DNA of 64,000 nucleotides from Eledone cirrhosa (Eukaryota): NCBI GenBank assembly GCA_964016885.1, contig OZ024743.1, positions 163,928,001 to 163,992,000 of the forward strand, read 5' to 3'. Shown piece by piece: positions 25,875 to 38,690 of this stretch (position 1 is its first letter; each line of letters starts with the position of its first letter). The notes under the pieces were generated by a model. It saw only the letters and a program-made list of their open reading frames with translations, ran no database searches and was not told where the DNA came from. The position numbers and the translations under genes were made by a program.

Positions 25875-27085
25875 AGTAGATGAATGGCTTGTGAAGGCTG
25901 TACAAGCCATATATAGGAGAGCAGTCAGCAAAGTTAGCGTTAACAATGACTATAGCGAGGAATTTAGCATACAGGTCGGTGTCCACCAGGGCTCTGTTCT
26001 TAGCCCTCTCCTGTTTATTATCATATTGCAGGCTATAACAGAGGAGTTTAAGACCGGATGACCATGGGAACTTCTTACACTTATAGCTGAATCTATGGTG
26101 GAACTAGAGATGAAATTCCAAACATGGAAGCAGGGACTAGAAAGAAAGGGTCTCAAAGTCAACCTGACAAAGACTAAGGTCCTCGTAAGTAGACGAGAAA
26201 ACAGAACCCAGATCCCTTACTGTAGAAACAGTAGACAGCTTCTGCTACCTAGGTGACCGAATTAGCAGCAGAGGTGGGTGTTCTGAAAGTACAGTAACCA
26301 AGGTAAGAACGGGATGGAAGAAGTTCAGGGAGCTATTACCACTGCTAGCTGCATAAGGCTTTTCTCTCAAAATGAAAGGCAGACTGTATGATACATGCAT
26401 ACGAACAACAATGTTACATGGTCGTGAGACTTGGGCGTTGTGTGCAGAAGACTTGCATAGTTTAGAAAGAAATGAAGCTTGCATGCTCCAATGGATGTGT
26501 AATAGTAATATATACAAGAACGGCAAAGTATAAACGAACTGAGAGAGAGACTAAGTATAAGAGGAATCAAATGCTGTGTGCAAGAGAGGAGATTATATTG
26601 GTATGGACATGTGATGCATATGAAAGATGACAGCTGCATAAAAAGGTGCAGAGCACTAAAAGTTGATGAAGCCTTGGAGTGTGGAGACCTAAGAAGACCT
26701 GGGATGAGGTGATAAAAGCTGATCTTGCCCAATTGCACCTCTCAAAGGCGATGACACAGGACCGAGACTTCTGGAATTACGCAGTAATACAGAAGACCCA
26801 ACTTCCTACAGGTACAAGCTGAAGCCAAAGCATATAGATAGTATGCCCCCACTGTAAAGTGATCGTGTAGGTGCCACAACAAAAAAGCACCCTGTCCATA
26901 CTGTAAAGTAATTTGTAGGCGCCACTGTAAATGAGGTTGCTGTTAGGAAGGGCATCCAGCTGTAGAAATCAAGACAAAATCAGTTCTGTATGAGCAAGCC
27001 ATGGTCACCTGATCTGGCATTGCCCACAGCAGGACAACCTATCTAGCATGGAAGAATGGACGTAAAAGGGTGATGATGATGATAT
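25875..27085 (+). mobile_element. RTE family A 3' half with internal deletion
   Basis: VDEWLVKAVQA..VHQGSVLSP through to the (GAT)n tail. Confidence 0.88.
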
Positions 27086-27451
27086 ATATATATAAGAGAG
27101 TGTTGTAGTTTGCTTGAAGCATTGTGCATTAAGTATAAGAAAGTATGTAATTCGAAGGCTGCGACAATGCAAAAGATGTGATACGATTTAAGATAAAAGA
27201 AAGCAACAAAGCTGCTCTGTGTTACCTAAGGTTGTATTACAATAAAGAACAAGTAACATAGAACAGTTTTCTTGCCTTATTTTATATTAAATCGTTCACA
27301 CCTTTTGCATTGTCGCAGCCTTCGACTTACATACCTTCTTTACCTTCTTTCATATATATATATACCCACTCTGCATCATACCATGTATCGAGTACTTCTC
27401 TGATTTGTGACCTTGATCCCCATACTGCAGACTATCAATACACACACATGT

Positions 27452-27790
27452 ATCATCATCATTTCATTTTACGTCCGCTTTTTCCCTGCTTGCAAGGGTG
27501 GGACGGGAACTGATGCTGGCTTGATTTCTACAGCTGGATGCCCTTCCTAACACCAACTTCATTTACAGTGAGTGCTGGGTGCTTTTTTGCCGTGGCACCT
27601 CCACGACCACTTTGCAGTGGAATGATAGGGACCCCAGTCCCTATCATCTCATTTCTACAGCTGAGTAAACTGGAGCAATGTGAAATAAAGTGTCTTGCTC
27701 AAGGAAACAACACATCACCTGGTCTGAGAAATGAACTCACAACCTTTCGATTGCAAGGCCAATGCTCTAACCACTAAGCCATGTGCCTCC
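27452..27790 (-). mobile_element. SINE family A, full length
   Basis: Near-identical to the other copies. Confidence 0.9.
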
Positions 27791-29511
27791 ATATATATAT
27801 ATATACACACACATATGAATAATATATATGCACTTATACATGTATTTATGTGTAAGTATACATGTGTGTATATATATATATATATATATAAAAGAATGGT
27901 CAAATATATATTCTATTTTGCTTGTCATATTCCACACAAACAGATGATAGTTACAGCAACTACTACTGCAACAACAACAACAACAATAGTGAGAGCAGAT
28001 GTAGGATCTAAAGAATTGTGTGGGTTTACAGCAACAACGGATATATGGAGAGAGGGAGAGAAATCAATGTGAATGTCTAGTCAGGAGTGTAAGATATTGT
28101 TTAACTGTTCAACGTGGTAATTATGAATAGCCATATATAGAAACATTGATATGTCCGGAAACCAACTTTGGTGGAAATAAACAGCTTTAATAATTAAAGA
28201 TATTTTTAACCATCATATCATAGGCATGCAGGGTTGTTGTACTTTTGTCATGTGTTCTGCAATATTTAACTGGTTTATTGTTCTTTTGCTGGTTTCATGG
28301 TTTTAGTCAGTAGACTGTGGCCTTGCTGGGGCATCTACTATCAATTGTATCATTGTCTGAACACCAACAAACAAGTGTTTTAACCCTTTTGATAACATAC
28401 AGTGAAACCACCTCTGGTTCTATGTAAGAACCTTTGTTATCTTCCAAACATCAATTTAATAATGAGAAAGTTATAACTAAATCCCTCCAAATTCTTGATT
28501 ATTTTCTACATTACTTGAAAAACATAAGCAGTGGATTTTGTTAGAAATATTATAATAAAAGAATATAAACATATCCCTGCTAAAATCAGGTGTTAGCCTT
28601 GTGGAAAACATGATCCCCAAGAGAATGAAAGGCAAAGTTGATCTCAATAGGATTTGAACTCAAGGTGCAGTGAGTCAGAATAAATACTGAAGCATTTAAT
28701 CCAATACCCCAACAACTCTGTAAATTTCCCTTATATAGTAGAATAGGGGAGATATACTTTATTTTAAAGGTATCAATTCACCCAACCACTAGTGTCTTAT
28801 TCAGCTTTGTTCATAGGTTCAGACAACATGGATGTCATTCAAATTTTTATTGACTGGAACAAATTCATGAAACTCAGCTTTGAATGAATAAATAAACTCT
28901 ACTATTGGTATAGGTGATGCCACATACCCTAGTGGTTAGGGTGTTGGGCTCACAATCACAATCTTCCTGAACCAAGTGGCCACATTTGAGCAAAGCACTT
29001 CACTTCATATTGCTCCAGTTTACTCAGCTGAAAATGAGTACCAACAGCAGCATCTGAGAGTTGCAATAGACTAGTGTCTCAATCAGAATAAAGTCTTGTA
29101 TTCACAGTTGCTTAATGCCAGCAAAACCATTTTAAGTTCCAATCAACAAGCTTCTGGAACAGACTTTTACCTTTTCTTAAAACTACAGGTACAGGGTATT
29201 CTTTCTCTGGTTTGACCATCCAAACATATACATGGTTTTAGTGAGGGCCAAGGGTAAGGAAAGGATTTCCAGATATTCGACATTCTGACACAGCTGTATA
29301 AGCCCATGGTTTGGCCTTGAAGCTTTCATGTATTTTAAGACCCCTTTTTGCACTTCAATCTTTCACCTCACTACAAAAAGAAAAAAACATTGATGTGACC
29401 CCTAGTAAATCATATGAATAATACAACCCTGCATTCTAATGTTAAAGTAATGGGAATGGTGCTAGTGAGAAGAGATAGTATTAGCAATGAGAGGAGAGCC
29501 AAATGACTCAC

Positions 29512-29657
29512 TTGGTTTTCGGTAGCCAGTTCCAGAGAAGTAGAGGATAATTTCCCTTGGTCTGTGGAATGCTCAGCCACTAGCAAGTTAATTTCACAAT
29601 TAGGCTGTTCTGTTGTCGAAGCAACAAGGACACACATTGTTAGAACCAACAGAAGAC
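29512..29657 (-). CDS. Candidate internal exon (start 29657 or 29609) of an unidentified host gene
   Basis: Consensus donor CAA|gtgagt at 29511; one open frame across the full length; two possible acceptors, one with a CTAAC branch point. Confidence 0.3.
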
Positions 29658-29680
29658 CTACACACACTCACACATAAATA

Positions 29681-29810
29681 CATGGCTGTGTGGTTCAGGA
29701 GTTCACTTTGCAACCATGTGTTTTGGTTTCAATCCTGTTGCACAATATCTTGGGCAAGTGTCATCTACTATAGCCTTTGGTAGGTGGAAACTGCAGAAGC
29801 CTGTTGTGTA
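29681..29810 (+). mobile_element. Old tRNA/CORE-type SINE
   Basis: TGGCTGTGTGG A-box, GGTTTCAATCC B-box, CTTGGGCAAGTGTC core. Confidence 0.6.
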
Positions 29811-30120
29811 TATGTCTGTATGTGTTTATGTCTCAAAATCTAGAGATTTGACAAAAACGAAATCAATAGAAGTACCAGACTTGTTAAAAATAAGTACTGA
29901 TCGATTAAATCAAGGCAGTGTCCCAGAATGACCATAGTCTAATGATTGAAATCAGTAAAATAATAAATATTTTACTTGCTATGTTATGAAACATTTTTAT
30001 TAATAGATCAGGCAATAAAATACAATAAGAATATTTTATTATAAAGCTTTTAAAATGTGTTTGGGGAAGAAAACAAGATCAAAAACTAGTAATAACTTAA
30101 CAATACTAATCAATACTGTT

Positions 30121-30281
30121 AGGCCATGCCTTCCTCCACTCAGACATCACTACCCCTGATACTATCAGGCCACACTCCCCTCCACTCAGACATCACTACC
30201 CCTGATACTATCACGCCACACTCCCCTCCACTCAGACATCACTACCCCTGATACTATCAGGCCACACTCCCCTCCACTACC
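30121..30281. repeat. 46-bp minisatellite, about 3.5 copies
   Basis: Unit AGGCCACACTCCCCTCCACTCAGACATCACTACCCCTGATACTATC at 30121, 30167, 30213 and 30259. Confidence 0.92.
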
Positions 30282-30369
30282 CTATACTAACTTTAAGAAA
30301 GAAATCCTATCAAATTTGTGCATGTGTTGTGTACATGTATATGTATTTTCATATGTGTGTATGTATGCA

Positions 30370-31013
30370 CAGGGCTAGATTTAGACTTTGGGGGCCCTGA
30401 GGCACTTCAGGTTCAGGGGGGCCCCCTCATGATGATGATGATCATCATCATCATACGTCCGCTTTTCCCTGCTTGCAAGCATACACAAAAAAATTAGAAT
30501 ACACAGCAAACGCCAAATTTTACATATCAAAGTCTGCTTGGCACAAGTAATTGTAATTGAAAGGTTATACATACAGGAATTAAATTCAAAATATCTAACC
30601 ATCCTCATTTTACATCCACTTTCCACACTGGTATGTATTGGACAGTGTATCACTGTCCGAGACCAAACATATTGGAGAACCTCATCTTGCTCATACATTT
30701 TATATTTGGCATGGTTTCTATGGCTGAATGCCCTGCCTGACATAACCACTTTGGAGTGTTTACAGTGTGCATTGTTTTTGCGATACTAGCAGATACTTTT
30801 TCTTAGAATTGTTCTAACAGTCTGATGTCTATAAAGTTGAGAAAACATGGTGAATTTCGCCACAGTAAATACATTAGATACTTTTTGCTAAAAATATAGT
30901 TCTTGCTGTCAAAGGGGTAAAACTAAAAAGTCCAGCAGAGAGCACAAACAAATTGCTACAGCCATCGCTGCCTGGGGGCCCAGGGCAATTGTCCCCCATT
31001 AAATCCGGCCTTG
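30370..31013. mobile_element. hAT-type non-autonomous element
   Basis: TIRs CAGGGCTAGATTTA / TAAATCCGGCCTTG; 8-bp TSD TGTATGCA / TGTATGCT; carries RTE-like tails inside. Confidence 0.75.
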
Positions 31014-31201
31014 TGTATGCTTACATACAACTGGAATGGGCAGGTTTTATCTGTTTTATTGGTATTTCCCACCTCTATTCACTTTCCATTGAGTGGGGAT
31101 GTAGGGTGGTGTGGTTGGGTGGTGGTTGTAGTGCAGAGGTGAGTAGAGGGTAGGTGGTGATGGGGGATAATGATGGTAATAGTTGGGGTTGTGTATATGT
31201 G

Positions 31202-31790
31202 CTGGGCCGAGTTTAATGGGGGCAAAAGAGGCAATTGTCCTGGGCCTTAACAACGATGGCCATAGCAATTTATTTGTGTCCTCCGCTGGGCTATGAACTA
31301 TGTTTTTAACAAAAAGTATTTAATGTCCTTACTTTAGGAAAATACATCAAATTTTTTCAACTTTAGAGACATGCGATTGTTATCAAAACAATATTCTAAT
31401 AAAAAAGTATTTGATGTCGCTGTGTAAAGTGGTTGTGCTGCTATCACAAAAACAATGCACACAGTAAACACTCTGAAGTGGTTATGTCAGGCAGGGCATC
31501 CAGCCACAGAAACCATGCCAAATATGTAATGTATGAGCAAGATGAGGTCACTCCAATATGTCTGGTCTTGGACTGCAATAACCTGTCAACATATGCCAGT
31601 GTGGAAAGTGGATGTAAAATGAAAATGGTTACATTTTTTTTATTTAACCCCTGTATGGATAACTTTTCAATTCCAGTTACTTGCGCCAGCCGTCTTTGAT
31701 ATGTAAAATTGGGGATTTAGTGTGCATTCTAATTTTTGCATATGAGAGGGGCCCTCAAACCTGATGTGCCTCTGGCTCCCAAAGTCTTAT
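31202..31790. mobile_element. Second, inverted copy of the same hAT-type element
   Basis: Reverse-complement homology to 30380-31013 along its length. Confidence 0.72.
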
Positions 31791-31799
31791 TTTTATTGA

Positions 31800-33310
31800 G
31801 TTGCTATACCACATGCTTCCAGTGTTGTGACAGAGCCTCACCTGGGGCATTAAGGTTTCAAGGTCATTAACTATGCATAAATCTTCAAGACAGGGACAGG
31901 TGCTGACTAGAAGCTCTGTTGTTCGACTGAGTGTAGAAAGCTGGGTCTTGAGCCTCTTTGTTATTGGTTCACAGCCATAGAGTGGATGACAGGGGTCAGT
32001 TTCCTGCTTCAACTTCTCAAGTTGAGAGTGGGCTGTCCTTTTGATGTGAGGGGAGCAATGCTACTATTAAGTAGAGGTCATCCACTTTGGTTGGCTTGAG
32101 ACACCCAGTGATTGATCTGAAAGAGGCATTTAGGGCAGGGTCAATTTGCTTTGCATGTAATGATCAGCTTCACACTGGTGAGGCATATTCTGCTGTGAAG
32201 TAGCAAAGTGTTAGGGCTGTGGTGTGGATTTTGCTGGCATGGGCACACCTTTTAGTGTTAGCCAGCTTCTTTGCGATGTTGTTTCTTAATCTGACCTTGG
32301 ATTCAGTCTTTGAAATATGGTCCTTGTATGTAAGGGACCAGTCCAGAGTGACACCTAGGTAGATAGGCTTGGAAATGTACTCCAACCATTTTGAGCTGGT
32401 GGTTAGCTTCCCTGTTCCATAGGTGAAAAGCACTGATTTAGGTCTTGTCAGAGTTGGCTCAAAGGTGGTTGACAGCATGGTATGGGATAGGGACGCCCAG
32501 AGCACTGGTGAGTGAGGCCTCAACTTCCTTTAAAGATTGCTTCTGGGATGCAATGCAAAAATCATCTGCATAGAGGAAGCTCCTAGAATTTGGGTGGATG
32601 GGCTGATCATTTGTGTAGATATTGAAGAGGAGGGGAACAAGCACATTACATTTGGGGAAGCCATTCTGCTATGATGACCATCGATTGTGTTTCCCTCTGA
32701 GGTTCACAATGAACCGCCTGTTCGACAACATGTTCCTGATGAGAAGAGTGAGCTTCAAGTCCCCAGTCATCTCAAACAGCTTCTCTGTGAAGATCCCGAG
32801 GTTCACAGTGTCATGTACTGCAGAGGTCAGCAAATGCAGCACATATGATCTCACCCTTCTCAAACCTATCTTCAATAAATTGTGACAGGCTTGGGAGTTG
32901 ACTAGTGTAAGACTTTCCAGCTCTGAAACCTGCCTGTTCTGGAATGAGCTTAACGTCTATGGACGGAGCCAGACTGTTTAAAATGAGGCATTCAAAAAGC
33001 TTGTAGATGTGGCTGAGGAAGAGAGATTGGCCTATAGCTCTTGGGGTTGGCGGGATCTTTACGGGCTTCAGTACTGCTATTACTTTAGCTTTCTTCCATA
33101 ACTTTGGGATCTTGTTGGAGCTCATTCATTCAAGAAGCCATGTGAGGCCCAGATGCTTAATCTGCTCAATAAGGATGTCGTTGAGATCTACAGCCTTGTT
33201 GTTTTTCATGGCTTTGATTGCTGCATCCAATTCAATTTTTGTGAAGGGCCTTGTGCAGCTGGAGGGTTCTTGGCTGGGCAAATTTGGTCTCCAAGGATGG
33301 TGATCTGTAT
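31800..33310 (-). mobile_element. Ingi/Vingi-like LINE RT and 3' region, decayed
   Basis: PFT..EL..AIK, IPKLWKKAKVIAVLKP, EQAGFR.GKS, LFNIYTNDQP..SFLYADD, YLGVTLD, RNNIAKKLANTK..TALTLCY..AEYASPV. Confidence 0.8.
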
Positions 33311-34025
33311 GGGTGGGTATAGGGCAACTGGAGTAGGGGATGATGACACTGAACATTGGGTGCGTGTTTATCGGGTGATGATGACGATGTTGATTGTTAG
33401 CTATGTAGGTGATTGTATAATTGTGGAGTTGTGAGCTTTTATTCTGAGGCAAGAGAAAAATTGAAACATTTATTTAATCCCCCAATCACTACATATTACT
33501 TTTTATTTATTGGTATGTAATCTAAACTATAATAAAGAAAGGTCTGCGGGACTGCGTATGGTTTTTTTTTTTTTATCCCGTTTGTAAAATAAGTTGGATT
33601 ACTTTGAATAAATAATGAACGAATATTACATAATTTATCTACTAAAATTCATAAACAAAAATAATTTCGTAAAAATAAATAATTTAAAATTGACTTCTTT
33701 TCAAAGTTGCACTTCCGGTATATCGTTGCCACCACCACTTCAACTACCATATATATAGAAAGAGAGAGTGTGTGACGTCAACACTTCTGGTGGCGATCAC
33801 TTAAATAAACATACTAATTTTCTGTCACTAATTTTCTTCTAATGCAGTTTATATATAATATCGTCTTTTTTTAATGTATCATGGATTCCGTTACTGATTA
33901 CATAAGACAGTGTAACAACGTCTTCGTTCAATTTCTGTTTATATTGTCAATTACGATTTCATTTGATCTATCATATCTACATGTATATATACTTGCGTAT
34001 AATATCAATATACACACTACACATG

Positions 34026-34545
34026 CTAGCAGAAAACCACCCGATGGGTGGTTTTTCTGCTATTGTATGTAAGAAACACGGCGAGGATGACGCTGTTCAT
34101 TATCCCATTAAATTTCTCAACAGTCTGGAATCATCCGGTATACCGCCACACAACCTTGAATTGAAGAAGAACACAGTCATGCTTCTCAGAAAGCTGGATC
34201 AGGCAAGACTGTGCAATGGGACGCGTATGGTTGTGACTGAACTACATCCTCACTGGATGTAGTAAGGGAGACGTCATATTTATACCTAAAATACTCCTAA
34301 TACCAACATATCTCCCCTTTCATTTCAAACAATTGCAATTCTCAGTAAGAGTCAGTTACACAATGACCATTAACAAGTCCCAAGGTCAAACACTGCAGAT
34401 TGAAGGTCTCCATCTAGAAGAGAGCTGTTTCTCACATGGTCAATTGTATAGGTTGTTCAGAGTAGGAAGCCCCTACAAACTCTTCATATATGCTCCAAAG
34501 AAAATAGTTAAAAACATTGTATATACCAAAGTTCTATAAATGTTT
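34026..34545 (+). mobile_element. Helitron helicase C-terminal remnant plus palindromic terminus
   Basis: FLNSL..SGIPPHNLELK, LCNGTR, MTINKSQGQTL, FSHGQLY; hairpin at 34026-34064. Confidence 0.85.
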
Positions 34546-34764
34546 TATAATTTTCGTAGAATACATTTTTTTATTATTTTCTTTATTACTTTCTGTAAAT
34601 AGATAGTCTAAATAATTTTTTTAAAATTATGTCATGCAATATTTAAATACCTTTTAACATCTTTTAATTTAAGGAAAATGGGCATTACAACAGATGCCTT
34701 ATGAATAGATTTGAGCATAGTACTGACCACGGCGACAGCCAGATGACTGGTAGCATATATATAT

Positions 34765-36045
34765 ATATTAACAATGGCTATACGAAAGAATTTAGTGTGC
34801 AGGTTGGTGTCCATCAAGGCTCAGTTCTTAGCCTCCACCTCTTTATCATCGTCCTACAGGCAATAACAGAGGAGTTTAAGACTGACTGCCCTTGGGAACT
34901 TCTGTATGCAGATGACCTAACCCTTATAGCTGAATTAGAGATGAAATTCCAAACCTAGAAGTACGGCCTGGAATCTAAATGTCTTAAAGTCAACTTAGCA
35001 AAGACGAAAGTTCTAGTAAGTAGAAAGGTTAACAGGGCCCAGATCTCCTCTGGCCCTGCTCTGTGTGCAGAAAAGGAGTAGGTAGCAATTCCATACTATG
35101 TCCCAAGTGCAAGATGTAGTGGGATCCCAGGCAGCCTAACAAAGAATGTAGGTTTTAAATGCGATCGGTGTACAGTAGCAATAAGTAGCAAGAGCTCTCA
35201 AGATGCAATCACCTTCAAATGCCTCAAGGGCTCTATAGAAGTAGTAGATAACTTCAGTTACCTAGGTGACCAAATCAGCAGTGAGGAGGTTGTTCCAAAA
35301 GTACAGTAGCCAGACTGAGATTGGACTGGTGAAAGCTCAGGATCTACTACCACTGCTAACTATTAAACGTTTTTCCCTCAAAATGAAAGACAGACTATAT
35401 GACACATGTATAAGAACAACTATGTTGTACAGCAGCAGAAGACCTGCGTAGATTGGAAAGAAATGAAGCCTCCATGCTTCGATGGATGTGCAATAGCAAT
35501 ATACGTGAAAGGCAAAGCATAAATGAACTACGCGAGAAATTAGCATAAGAGGGATCAGATGTGATTTCATCGGTATGGACACGTGATTCGTATGAAGGAT
35601 GACAGCTGTATAAAAGGGTGCAGAGTGTTCAAAGTTGATGGTAGCCATGAAGTAGGCAGGATAGGAAAATTTAGGATGAAGTAATAAGAGCTGACTTTGC
35701 TCAATTACACCTCACTAAGGAGGACCGTGACCTCTGGTGCTATGAAGTATTGCAGAAGACTCGCCCTCTATTATTCTCAGGCTGACGCATATAGCTAGTA
35801 GGCAACATCATTCCCTACAATCTCCTCTCCCATAAACCTCCCTTATACCTACGTACCCAATTTCCCAAATCATCTTCCCCACCTCTCCCAAGTTCCCAAC
35901 TTCCTCTATAAAGCGAGCGCCCAGTCTGCACTGTAAAGTGGTTGCATAGATGTCACGACAAAAAGCATCCAGCACACAATGTAAATGTGGTTGGTGTTAG
36001 GAAGTCATCCAGCCATAGAAACTAAGCCAAATCAGTTCTATGTGA
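34765..36045 (+). mobile_element. RTE 3' half, decayed
   Basis: VHQGSVLS..LYADD, Cys finger and 3' UTR motif. Confidence 0.85.
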
Positions 36046-36261
36046 GTGAATCACGGTCCCCTCACCAAAACTCTAATTAGGCTAAGCGGTGGTTTAAGGT
36101 TAAAACTATTCAAGGACCAAAGAATGTTAGAAATTAAATATATAATGGCGCTATTTCAATTTAATAATAATTCTGTTAAGATTTATTGTTTAAAACAAAA
36201 AAAAGGAAAAGAAAAAGAGGAAAAACAAAATGAAAACTAGAAGACAATATAACTCAACAAG

Positions 36262-36670
36262 ATAATTGTTTCTACTTTTGGCACAAGGCCAGCAATTATC
36301 CCAGTGTATTACTGGTACTTTATTTTAGCGACCCTGTAAGGATGAAAGGCAAAGTTAACCTCGGCGGGATTTGAACTCAGACCATAAAGTGCCGTAACTC
36401 TTTGCTGCAAAGCATGGCGTCTGACCCTCTACCGATACTGCCAATCCACCGCCCTAACATGGCGTCTGACCCTCTACCGATACTGCCAATCCACCGCCCT
36501 AACATGGCGTCTGACCCTCTACCGATACTGCCAATCCACCGCCCTAACATGGCGTCTGACCCTCTACCGATACTGCCAATCCACCGCCCTAACATGGCGT
36601 CTGACCCTCTACCGATACTGCCAATCCACCGCCCTAACATGGCGTCTGACCCTCTACCGACACTGCCAAT
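36262..36670 (-). mobile_element. SINE-B with 45-bp tandem head array and 18-bp TSD
   Basis: Five identical 45-bp units plus one partial (36413-36670); ATAACTCAACAAGATAAT at 36249-36266 and 36669-36686. Confidence 0.93.
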
Positions 36671-36782
36671 AACTCAACAAGATAATACAGACCTCTCAGT
36701 AATATATATATATATATATATATATATTTTTATACACACAGGCATGCATAGATAGATTTATATCTTTTAACGTCTGTGAGTA

Positions 36783-38690
36783 TCATCATCATCATCATCA
36801 CCATTTTATGTCTGTTCTTCCATGCTAGCATGGGTTAGACGGGTTTTCCTGTTGTGGGCAGTGTCTGGTTGGCTGACAAAGCCTTGCTCATATGGGAACT
36901 GATTCTGGCTTGATTTCTACAGCTGGATGCCCTTCCTAACATCAACCTCATTTACAGTGTGGGCTGGGTGCTTTTTTGCCGTGGCACCTCCACGACCACT
37001 TTGCAGTGGGAGGGTGTGGGGGCATATTGTCTATATGCTTCAGCTTGTACCCATGGGAGGTCGGGTACTCTGTATTACTGCGTGACACCAGAGGTCACGG
37101 TCGTGTGTCATCGCCTTTGAGAGGTGTAATTGGGTAAGGTCGGCTTTTATCACCTCATCCCAGGTGACCTTGGGTCTCCCCACTCCGCGGTTTCCAATGA
37201 CTTCTAGTGCTCTGCACCTTTTTATGCAGCTGTCATCCTTCATACGCATCACATGTCCATACCAACGCAACCGCCTCTCCTGCACACAGCATTTGATGCC
37301 TCTTATGCTCAGTCTCTCTCTCAATTCATTTATGCTTTGCCATTCGCGTATATTACTATTACACATCCATCGGCGCATGCAGGCTTCGTTTCTTTCTAAT
37401 CTACGTAAGTCTTCCACCTTCAGCGCCCAGGTCTCACTACCATGTAACATTACTGTTCGTATACATGCATCATACAGTCTGCCTTTCATTTTGAGGAAGA
37501 AGCCTTTTGCAGCTAGCAGTGGTAGTAGTTCCCTGAACTTCTTCCATCCCGTTCTTACCCTAGTTATTGTACTTTCTGAACACCCACCTCCGCTGCTAAT
37601 TTGGTCACTTAGGGAGCAGAAGCTGTCTACTGTTTCTACAGAACCTTCCCAGAGATTGGTGGTACTTGTTTCCTGTGGCTGTTTGCTGCTTGCTGTCCCA
37701 GCACAGCTGCTACATGTGAAGCCTACATTCTTAATTAAGCTTCCTGAGATCCCACTACATCTCTTGTGTACCCATTGTTTGCATTTGGGGTAAAGAATGG
37801 AGTTCCTACCTACACCTTTCCTACAACTTTCCTACATACTGAGCAAGACCATTTCCCTGAGGGGATCTGGGTTCTGTTTTCTAGTCTACTTACAAGGACC
37901 TTAATCTTTGTCAGGTTGACTTTGAGACCCTTTCTTTCTAGTCCCTGCTTCCAAGTTTGGAATTTCTTCTCTAGTTCTGCCATAGATTCAGCTATAAGTG
38001 CGAGGTCATCTGCATACAGGAGTTCCCATGGGCATCCGGTCTTAAACTCCTCTGTTATTGCCTGCAGGACTATGATTAATAGGAGAGGGCTAAGAACAGA
38101 GCCCTGGTGGACACCACCCTGTACGCTAAATTCCTCGTTATACTCATTGCTAATCCTAACTTTGCTGACTGGTCCCCTATACATGGCTTGTACAGCTTTC
38201 ACAAGCCATTCATCTACTCCTAGTTTTCTAAGAGCCCACCAGATTATAGCACGTGGAACTCTGTCAAAGGCTTTCTCGAGATCGACGAATGCCAGGTAGA
38301 GTGGCATACTTTTAGCTAGGTAATTTTCCTGTAACTGCCTCACAAGGAAGAGGGCATCAGTGGTGCCTCTTCCTGGTACAAACCCAAATTGCATCTCATC
38401 TAGTTTCACCCAGTCCCTAATCAACTGTGCTATAACTCTTTCTGTTACTCTCTTGACCTGGTCCATCAGCTTTATACCTCTATAGTTTCCTCTATCTAGT
38501 GCATCACCTTTACCTTTGTAGCAGTTGACAATGATGCTACTGCACCAATCTTTTGGTATGACACCTTCTAGTGTGGTTATAGTGTGACCTACAGACCCAG
38601 ATGCCTTCAGCATCTCGGCAGCTATTCCCGATGGACCAGTTGCCTTCCCCATCTTCATATCTCTGATTGCCTTACTTACTACGCTGCTGA
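36783..38690 (-). mobile_element. RTE family A: RT, Cys finger, C-terminus and 3' UTR (5'-truncated)
   Basis: ORFs 37810-38727 (RT motifs to LYADD) and 37040-37489. Confidence 0.93.

Noticed and set aside
29186-29252. Plus-strand exon-like segment (ctacag|...AGG|gtaagg)
   Set aside because: Good splice sites, but no recognisable peptide or partner exon; could be chance.
30121-30281. Possible CRISPR array or coding repeat
   Set aside because: Plain 46-bp minisatellite with no spacers; length is not a multiple of three.
36413-36670. CRISPR-like regular array
   Set aside because: Units are contiguous with no unique spacers, derive from a SINE head, and there are no cas genes in this eukaryotic context.
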